The notes beneath the pieces are model-generated. The model was given only the letters and a program-made list of their open reading frames with translations, searched no databases and had not been told where the DNA came from. DNA of 49,291 nt, from positions 1 to 49,291 of the forward strand of contig DATEGY010000316.1 in the NCBI GenBank assembly GCA_035279865.1, given 5' to 3'. This stretch comes from Gemmatimonadales bacterium (GTDB taxonomy: Bacteria; Gemmatimonadota; Gemmatimonadetes; Gemmatimonadales; GWC2-71-9). The position numbers and the translations under genes are program-made. Below, piece by piece: positions 43,168 to 49,291 of this stretch (position 1 is the stretch's first letter; every line of letters begins with the position of its first letter).

Positions 43168-44310
43168 CTAGTGCTGATACCGGAGCGTCAATTGCACCGA
43201 CGCGCCCGTAAAATTGACGATCTGACCGGCGAGCTGCTCCAGCGCCTTCCCCGTGGTGTACCGCCCCTCGACCGCGGCCGTGAACTGGTCCGACAGGCCG
43301 AACCGCGCCGCCAAGCCGCCGGTCACGTAGGTGCCGCCCTTCTGGCCGGGAGACCACGTACGGACGCCCACCACGGGCTGGATGGAGACCTGCGGGGACG
43401 CCGGAATCGCGAACCGGGCTTCGGCATTGAGGACGTTCTCGGAGTTCGTTCTGATCGTGAGCGTGTCCTGCTGGAAAGTCCCCTTGGCGCGATAATAGTC
43501 CCAGACCGCGATCGACAGCGTGTTGCTGCCCATGGCACTGGTCCAACCCGCATCCCCGATGATTCGGAGTCCCGGCGCCAACTGCCCCGTTCGAGGACCC
43601 CCAGAACCCGAGAGCTGTTCATTCGAGAAGGTCGACGCCGTCAGCCCCGCCAGAAAGCGGGAGGACTGCCCCACCAGCCGATCAGCGCCCACTCGACCGC
43701 GGAACTCGACGCCCGGTTTGTAGTTCGTCGACCCCGAGGGATCCGAAAGGAGCGTGTAGGACCCGGTGTACCGGACCGCGCCGGAGACGCCGACGTTCCA
43801 GGCACCGGCCGGCGTCGCGAACGCCAGACCGCCCGTCGCGCCGAACGCAGTTCCGAAATCCGAAACCGGGAACGACAGGTAGTTCGATCCCACGGCTTCG
43901 TACACGGTGAATTGGTTTGTCGTCAGCGCGCGCTGCCCCGTCGGAAGGTTGACGGACAGCGAGGCGACGAGGCGGTCCCGGTTTAGCGTATAGAGGAGGC
44001 GCAGCTGGGTGTCCGTCAGACCGCTGAGGGTCTGGTCGGACCCTCCGCCACCGCCGTTGGTCTTGGCGCTCGCGTAGTGCGCCGTCAGATCCACGGACAT
44101 GCTGCTGCCCAGGGGTGCCACAAGCACCACCGGAATCGCGAACTCGGACGACTTGGCGCCCGATGGGGTCGAGAACGAATACGACTGGAACTGGAAACCG
44201 GTGTATCCGGCCCAGCGGGTGTAGAGCGCGTCGGACGCCTGGCCCTGGAGCGTACCCGCTCCGGCACAAACGAGCAGGAGGGCGACGGCGCTGCGGTGCA
44301 TCGGGCGCAT
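43168..44310 (-). CDS. outer-membrane beta-barrel protein (380 aa)
   Basis: Signal peptide MRPMHRSAVALLLVCAGAGTLQGQA. Alternating beta-strand pattern throughout, SGLTD motif, terminal strand ...VQLTLRYQH. GGGAGG SD. Confidence 0.7.
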   Translation of the reverse strand: MRPMHRSAVALLLVCAGAGTLQGQASDALYTRWAGYTGFQFQSYSFSTPSGAKSSEFAIPVVLVAPLGSSMSVDLTAHYASAKTNGGGGGSDQTLSGLTDTQLRLLYTLNRDRLVASLSVNLPTGQRALTTNQFTVYEAVGSNYLSFPVSDFGTAFGATGGLAFATPAGAWNVGVSGAVRYTGSYTLLSDPSGSTNYKPGVEFRGRVGADRLVGQSSRFLAGLTASTFSNEQLSGSGGPRTGQLAPGLRIIGDAGWTSAMGSNTLSIAVWDYYRAKGTFQQDTLTIRTNSENVLNAEARFAIPASPQVSIQPVVGVRTWSPGQKGGTYVTGGLAARFGLSDQFTAAVEGRYTTGKALEQLAGQIVNFTGASVQLTLRYQH

Positions 44311-44320
44311 CGTGCCTCCC

Positions 44321-45721
44321 TTAGGGGCGGGTGATGATGATGATGATCGTGCCGACCAGACCGATGTTCTGCGGACCGCAGATCACCGGGCCGCAGATGC
44401 CCTGTTTGGTCGGCGGACCGACGCTCGGGTTGCCATTGCTCCCCGTATTGCCACTCCCCACGGGCAGGTCGCCGGCGCCGCTGGGAACCGCGCCATTCAT
44501 CGCGCCACCGAGGGTGACGGTGATGTCGGCATTGGTCTGCCCTCCTCCCCCGCCGCCGCCCGTGCCTCCGCCCAGATCGGACGCCATGTCACTCGCGGAC
44601 GCCGTCGATGCCGACTGGGCCTGCTGGCTCGACGCGGCCGCCGACCCGGCCGCACTGAATCCGGGGTCACGCTGTGCCGCCGCCTGAAAGGCCTGCGCCG
44701 CCGCACCGAAGTTCCCCTGGTCCTGCGCGGCGAGGCCGCGGCTGTACAGCAGAAACGCTTCGAGATCCCGCGTGGGCCGTTCGCTGATGGCGGTCTGCTC
44801 CGACGGCGTCAGCGTGACGCCCATCTTCCCGAGCAGCTGAAACACGACCTGCTTCTCGACGTCGAAGAGCGCCTGGAGCCGGTCCGATCCGGTGCCCGTC
44901 GCGGCCACGCCGGCGTCCTGGGTCCGGACCACGGTCGCGTTGACGCGAACCTGGTTGGGCTGGACGTCGAACTGTCCCTGGACCACCTGGGACGCACCGA
45001 TCAGGTGGCCCGACCGCGCGCCGGTGGTGGGATCCACCCGCCCCGACTCGGTCAGCTTCATTTCGTCGAGCAGCGCCTGCATCCGCTCGCGCTCGAGCAG
45101 CCGGAGGCTGTGCACGCGCGACAGATCCGTGACGACGAGGGACGCGAGGCCGCGGGAGAGCGGCGCGTACGTCGAATCCGTTCCGGTGTAGCGGAACGGC
45201 ATGACCGCCACCGTATTGGGGGGAGGCGGCGTCTTGGACAACGTCGCTTCCTGGGACAGCGCCTGGCGGGCTTCGAAGACCAGCTGGTGTTGCGCCACCA
45301 GGGCGAGGCGGCCGTCGAGGAGCTTCTTCACCGCGCCCGAGGGCTTGGACGCCGCGAGCCTGGTGTAGACGGTGCGCGCCGAGTCGAACTGCCCGAGACC
45401 CTCGTAGGTGTACCCGAGATAGACCTGCGCCTCGGCGTTGTCGGGCTGGTGGAGGAGGGTGCGGCCGAGGGCGGCCCGGGCATCGTCGTATCGCTTGGCC
45501 GAATAGTACGCCTCACCCAGCCGCAAATTCGCCGCCGGATCGTCCGGTGCCTGCGCCCGGCGCGCCTCGAGGGCCGGGATGTCGGCGGGCGCGGGTGGCG
45601 GCGCCGCGGGGGCTCCGGCACAGGCACCCGCGAGCGCGAACGCCGCCAAGCCGAAGACACGCCGGCGCCGGCGCGAGGTCAGGGTGGGCATGGGCGTGGG
45701 CATCGCGGGAGTGGGGGACAT
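44321..45721 (-). CDS. TPR + CsgG/LpoB-like lipoprotein with Gly-rich and Cys/Ile-rich C-terminal tail (466 aa)
   Basis: RRRRRVFGLAAFALAGAC signal/lipobox-like. TPR (LRLGEAYYSAKRYDDARAAL...). CsgG-like core (VAVMPFRYTG...LSRGLASLVVTDLSRV..LRLLERERMQALLDEMKL). Tail ...GGGTGGGGGGGQ...GICGPVICGPQNIGLVGTIIIIITRP. Confidence 0.65.
   Translation of the reverse strand: MSPTPAMPTPMPTLTSRRRRRVFGLAAFALAGACAGAPAAPPPAPADIPALEARRAQAPDDPAANLRLGEAYYSAKRYDDARAALGRTLLHQPDNAEAQVYLGYTYEGLGQFDSARTVYTRLAASKPSGAVKKLLDGRLALVAQHQLVFEARQALSQEATLSKTPPPPNTVAVMPFRYTGTDSTYAPLSRGLASLVVTDLSRVHSLRLLERERMQALLDEMKLTESGRVDPTTGARSGHLIGASQVVQGQFDVQPNQVRVNATVVRTQDAGVAATGTGSDRLQALFDVEKQVVFQLLGKMGVTLTPSEQTAISERPTRDLEAFLLYSRGLAAQDQGNFGAAAQAFQAAAQRDPGFSAAGSAAASSQQAQSASTASASDMASDLGGGTGGGGGGGQTNADITVTLGGAMNGAVPSGAGDLPVGSGNTGSNGNPSVGPPTKQGICGPVICGPQNIGLVGTIIIIITRP
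44333..44347 (-). repeat. (ATC)5 trinucleotide microsatellite encoding Ile5 at the 3' end of the CsgG-like gene
   Basis: gatgatgatgatgat on the + strand. It is conspicuous in GC-rich coding DNA. Confidence 0.9.
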
Positions 45722-45904
45722 TTCGACTCGTTTGCGTGAAGGTAAGACCAGGGTATGAGTGGGTCGGTGACCCCCCCTCGTCAGGTCCGGTGAGGGCGGT
45801 CACGGTCCGCTATCCTCCGGCCTCTCAGAGAGATACCCGTCCCCGAAGGGCTGTCAAGGAGACTTGGCCTCCCCTAGATTTCGCTTCGGAGGTCTTGTCG
45901 ATCA

Positions 45905-46216
45905 GTGGGGCGACGGGGAGTAAAGGAGTACCGGGCGTCTGAAGCCCTGGGCTTGATTGCAGCCGATCGCGAGCACCAGCCGCTGGTTTGTCCCTCGTGC
46001 GGGGCTCGGGCCATTCAGCGGGTGCCGCGAAGGCGCCCCGCGCGCCCGGAGGACGCCCCCCGCATCGGTGAGCGGATCAGTCTGACGTGCGGTAAATGCG
46101 GAAGACATGCGTCCTACATCGAAGGCGGCACCTTGCCGCCCCGGGACGCGACCATGGACCCCCAGAATTCCCCGGCCGATGATGAAGGGGAGCGAGGCAA
46201 TCGACGTGGCGGGTGA
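45905..46216 (+). CDS. possible small zinc-ribbon protein (103 aa)
   Basis: CPSCG...(38 aa)...CGKCG four-Cys pattern and moderately high third-position GC. The 3' end overlaps the infA start by 11 nt. Confidence 0.4.
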   Translation: MGRRGVKEYRASEALGLIAADREHQPLVCPSCGARAIQRVPRRRPARPEDAPRIGERISLTCGKCGRHASYIEGGTLPPRDATMDPQNSPADDEGERGNRRGG

Positions 46217-46421
46217 CGCGATCCAGATGATGGGAACGGTAACCGAGGTGTTGCCCAACACCACGTTCCGCGTGAAGCTCGAAAACGGCCACGACGTCCT
46301 GGCGTACGTCTCTGGAAAAATGCGGAAGAACTACATCCGCATCCTCCAGGGGGACCGCGTCGCCGTCGATCTCTCACCGTACGATCTCACCCGCGGAAGA
46401 ATCACGTACCGCTACAAGTAA
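46206..46421 (+). CDS. infA: translation initiation factor IF-1
   Basis: GTG 46206 gives (M)[70 protein letters not shown], 71 aa. This is colinear with canonical IF-1. A GAGG SD lies upstream. Confidence 0.9.
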   Translation: MAGDAIQMMGTVTEVLPNTTFRVKLENGHDVLAYVSGKMRKNYIRILQGDRVAVDLSPYDLTRGRITYRYK

Positions 46422-46433
46422 CAGAACAAAATG

Positions 46434-46606
46434 CGTCGAGAAACACAACGTCGAGAAACAATGCGTGTAGTTCCACGCCCTGCTTCTCGACGTTTTGTCT
46501 CTTGACGCCTTGTCTCTTGACGTCTTGCTTCTCGACGTTTTGTCTCTTGACGCCTTGTCTCTTGACGCCTTGTCTCTTGACGCCTTGCTTCTCGACGCCT
46601 TTTCTA
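46434..46606 (+). repeat. 15-nt tandem repeat array: 2 reverse units, 10-nt centre, 9 forward units
   Basis: cgtcgagaaacacaa/cgtcgagaaacaatg – cgtgtagttc – cacgccctgcttctc/gacgttttgtctctt/gacgccttgtctctt/gacgtcttgcttctc/gacgttttgtctctt/gacgccttgtctctt/gacgccttgtctctt/gacgccttgcttctc/gacgccttttcta. It fills the convergent infA / TonB-receptor gap exactly. Confidence 0.9.
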
Positions 46607-48697
46607 GTGGAGCTCGACACCTAAGTAGAAGTTTCTGCCCGGCGCCGGCTCATAGTACCGTCCCGCCGTCGCGTTGACGGTCACCGATCCGACGTAATGG
46701 TGGTTGAACAGATTCTGTACGGCCACGAACGGATCGAGCCGGATGCCGCCCACCGCGCCTCCCCACCCCACCCGCAGGTCGCTCCGCCAATAGCCTTCCG
46801 CCCTGGTGCTCAGCGTGTCGTTCACGAGCTGGCTCGAGGCATGAACCGTCTCAAGCTCCAGCCACGCACCGCTCACGCCCCAGGGATGCACCCCCACCAG
46901 TGCTCGCAGCCAGTGCTCGGGAATCCCCGCCAGAGGCCGGCCATCGAGCACGTAAGCCGTGGTATCCACGGCGTACCGGTAGTTCGTGTAACGGAAGTGG
47001 GAGTACGTATACGTCACCGACAGCCGCAGGCCGGACACCGGGGTCGCATCGGCGCCGAGCTCCACGCCCCGGTGGCGTGCGCTGCCGGCATTCCGGTAGA
47101 AGGTCCGCTGCGGCGACGAGGGCTCCTGAAACGGAATCAGCTCGTCATGCACGTCCGTCTGAAACACGGCGGCGCTCCAGCGGATTCCTCCGCTCGACTC
47201 ACCCCGGGCGCCCACTTCGGTGTTCCACGCGCGCTGCGGCTGGAGGAGCGGATTGAATCCGCCCACGGTGTCGGGCCGGTTCGCGAGCTCGGTGGTGGTC
47301 GGCGTCTCGAACGACGAACCCGTATTCGCATAAACCGTGAGCCTCTCCGTCGCGGCAAACGCGGCGCCCAGTGAGGCCGAGAAGGCCCGCATCAGCCGGC
47401 GGCCCGAGTCGTTCAGGTAGCTCGGGTTCGTGAGCGCCTTCACCGGGTCCACCAGACGATCGTCCACCTGGAAACTCACCCAGTCGTACCGCAGTCCCGC
47501 CGTCGCCGTGAGCCGCGTCGTGAGGGTGACCGCGCTCTGCACGAACGGCCCCACTTCGGTCACATGCTCGAGCTGGTCGAGCTGGCGCGACGTATCCGCC
47601 GTCGCGGTCGCGCCGACGTAGTTGAAATTCACGCGATCGTCCCGGGTGCGCTGCACGTCGAAGCCCGTGGTGAGCACTTGGGGGAACGACCCGATCGCAA
47701 ACGGTTGCGCCAGCGTGAAGCGCGCCCCGTAGTCGAGCCGCCGGAGACGGATGAACGCAAAGGTCTGGGGGTTGTCGAGGTCCCGCGTGAAGCCGAAGAG
47801 CGTCGCGTCCGCCTCGCCGCCGTTGTCGAAGGCCCGCCGCAACGTCATCCCACCCTGCCCCTGCGTCACCGCCTTCCCCGCGTTCCGGCTCAGGTTCACC
47901 GGCGCCGCCGCATCCGCGTTCGCGTGCAGCTCGGCATTGGTCAGGGCGCCGGGGTTATCGGCCCGGGGATCGTCGCCGTAATCCGCTACCGCTGCGAGTG
48001 ACCAGTGGGCGGAGAGCGGGAGCTGCAGGCGTGAGTTCACGTCCCGCTGATCGGCGGCGCTGTGGTTCCGTTCCCCCTGATAGGAGAGGCGCGCGGCGGT
48101 CAGCATCAGGCTCCCCTCGCCCACGCGCGCCCGGGTGGTGGAGGACCATTTGCTCCAGGTGCGCCCACCATCGAACTGCCCCGCCACCACGCGCGCGTCT
48201 TCCGACAGCGGGGAGGAGGCGGTCGGGTCGGTCCAGACGCTGATCACGCCGCCGGTGGCGTTCCCGAACAGCGCCGACGCCGACCCCCGTTCGACTTCGA
48301 TGTGGTCGACTTCGCTCAAATCCAGGTTCGTGAGCTGCCCCTGGCCGTCCGGAAGCGTCTGCGGAATCCCGTCGACCAGCACCTTGACGCCCCGGATCGC
48401 GAAGGCCGCGCGGGCCCCCGCCCCCCGGATCGAGAGTTTCTGATCGAGCGAGAAGTTGTAGCGGTTTTGCATGACGACGCCGGGAATTCCGCCGAGCGCC
48501 TCGTCGAGACCCAGGGTGGGTCGGGCGGTGCTGATGTCGGCTCGTCCGACGGTCGAGACCGCCGCGGCGGTGCGCGACAGGGGGCGGTCGGCGCGAGTGG
48601 CGGAAACGACGATCGCGGGCAGGGTGTCCCGCGGCACGCTGTCAGATTGCTGCGCAGCCAGACACGCTGGAACCAGCAACAGCCAAACCCACCGCAT
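46604..48697 (-). CDS. TonB-dependent outer-membrane receptor
   Basis: Signal peptide. Plug domain (AIVVSATRADRPLSRTAAAVSTV...GVVMQNRYNFSLDQKLSIRG...VLVDGIPQT...IEVERGSASALFGNATGGVI). Long barrel. Confidence 0.9.
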   Translation of the reverse strand: MRWVWLLLVPACLAAQQSDSVPRDTLPAIVVSATRADRPLSRTAAAVSTVGRADISTARPTLGLDEALGGIPGVVMQNRYNFSLDQKLSIRGAGARAAFAIRGVKVLVDGIPQTLPDGQGQLTNLDLSEVDHIEVERGSASALFGNATGGVISVWTDPTASSPLSEDARVVAGQFDGGRTWSKWSSTTRARVGEGSLMLTAARLSYQGERNHSAADQRDVNSRLQLPLSAHWSLAAVADYGDDPRADNPGALTNAELHANADAAAPVNLSRNAGKAVTQGQGGMTLRRAFDNGGEADATLFGFTRDLDNPQTFAFIRLRRLDYGARFTLAQPFAIGSFPQVLTTGFDVQRTRDDRVNFNYVGATATADTSRQLDQLEHVTEVGPFVQSAVTLTTRLTATAGLRYDWVSFQVDDRLVDPVKALTNPSYLNDSGRRLMRAFSASLGAAFAATERLTVYANTGSSFETPTTTELANRPDTVGGFNPLLQPQRAWNTEVGARGESSGGIRWSAAVFQTDVHDELIPFQEPSSPQRTFYRNAGSARHRGVELGADATPVSGLRLSVTYTYSHFRYTNYRYAVDTTAYVLDGRPLAGIPEHWLRALVGVHPWGVSGAWLELETVHASSQLVNDTLSTRAEGYWRSDLRVGWGGAVGGIRLDPFVAVQNLFNHHYVGSVTVNATAGRYYEPAPGRNFYLGVELH

Positions 48698-48712
48698 GGC
48701 GAACCGGTGAGC

Positions 48713-49291
48713 CTACGCGGGATGCCGGAAGAAGCGGTTCCAGCGGAGTCGGAGAGGTGAGAACCCGATGCTGAAGTAGATCAACTCGGGCTTCCCTTCG
48801 ATGTGCGACCGGGGGAGAAAGCCCCAGAACCGGGAATCGTAGCTGTCGTCCCGGTTGTCCCCCATCACCCAGAAGCTGTCGGCCGGGACCACCACCGGCC
48901 CCCAATCGTGCGACGTCGGGTTGTATTTCTCGGGGTTCTTCCCGATGTAGTGCGGGAGCTCGTTCCGCCGCATCTGCAGACGGTAGATGTCGGCGTCGGC
49001 CCCGGGGTGGAGATGCAGGGCGTAAGGCTCGGACAGCACCTTGCCGTTCCGGTAGACGGTGTCGTGCACCATCTGCAGCGTGTCCCCTGCTTCGCCGATC
49101 ACGCGCTTTACGATCACGAGGTTCGGGGTGGAGTCCTCCACCGACCGGAAGATGATCAGCCCGTCCCGGTGCGGCTGCGCATACCCTTTGACCTTCAAGA
49201 GCCGGATGCCCGTCAGGGGGATCTCGAGCTCGCCGCCGTAGATCATCTTGTTCACGAACAGCCAGTCGCCCACCAGCAGGGTGTTCTCCAT
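48713..49291 (-). CDS. lepB: signal peptidase I (S26), N-terminus outside the window
   Basis: (S)MENTLLVGDWLFVNK, VKRVIGEAGD and VMGDNRDDSYDSRFWGF are S26 boxes. The catalytic Ser codon lies just beyond the window edge. Confidence 0.85.
   Translation of the reverse strand: MENTLLVGDWLFVNKMIYGGELEIPLTGIRLLKVKGYAQPHRDGLIIFRSVEDSTPNLVIVKRVIGEAGDTLQMVHDTVYRNGKVLSEPYALHLHPGADADIYRLQMRRNELPHYIGKNPEKYNPTSHDWGPVVVPADSFWVMGDNRDDSYDSRFWGFLPRSHIEGKPELIYFSIGFSPLRLRWNRFFRHPA

Noticed and set aside
46434-46606. CRISPR array
   Set aside because: The units are 15 nt and directly abutting with no unique spacers. Part of the array is inverted, and there are no cas genes in the window.
46402-46620. 72-aa minus-strand ORF with KRQGV/EKQGV pentapeptide repeats (and the analogous ORFs 12134..12349, 12129..12380 and 46495..46677)
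   Set aside because: These are translations of the 15-nt tandem repeat, where one unit equals 5 codons. They span convergent intergenic gaps and overlap neighbouring gene ends, with no SD.

Overview
GC-rich (about two-thirds G+C by eye), gene-dense bacterial chromosomal segment. I found no rRNA, tRNA, CRISPR array, transposase or integrase. Many long ORFs in the track are wrong-frame or antisense shadows typical of high-GC DNA; calls below use motifs, third-position GC, Shine-Dalgarno sites and ATGA/GTGA start-stop overlaps. Content in order: (1) three pseudopilin genes behind a sigma54-like promoter, and an outer-membrane (OM) barrel gene. (2) A translationally coupled minus-strand envelope-glycosylation operon (VOC protein, three GT-C/ArnT-PMT-like membrane glycosyltransferases, a SAM methyltransferase, a GtrB/ArnC-like GT2), divergent from a MarR gene. 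(3) A lipoprotein plus single-POTRA Omp85 pair. (4) A four-helix-bundle (23S-IVS protein/Avd family) gene bracketed by inverted arrays of a 15-nt tandem repeat. (5) Two tandem, non-identical glutamine synthetases (GSI-beta then GSI-alpha). (6) An MqnA/D-like gene, a receiver-HD-GYP gene, an orphan pseudopilin and a TPR protein. (7) An AraC-like/CheY/MerR-like regulator operon and a LemA-M48 peptidase pair. (8) A GT4/polysaccharide deacetylase/flippase-like cluster. (9) About 560 bp of non-coding DNA ending in a strong terminator and starting at a DnaA-box-like cluster. (10) Small secreted hypotheticals and cspA. (11) A LivK-type binding protein coupled to a chemoreceptor. (12) A large minus-strand surface operon: TPR/CsgG-like lipoprotein, OM barrel, Lys-rich-tail protein, and a 1,889-aa Ig-repeat protein ending in a cupredoxin domain plus a 780-aa paralog. 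(13) infA, a second 15-nt repeat array, a TonB-dependent receptor and a truncated lepB. The best novelty candidates are the giant Ig-repeat/cupredoxin surface operon and the 15-nt repeat family with its IVS-like four-helix-bundle cassette.
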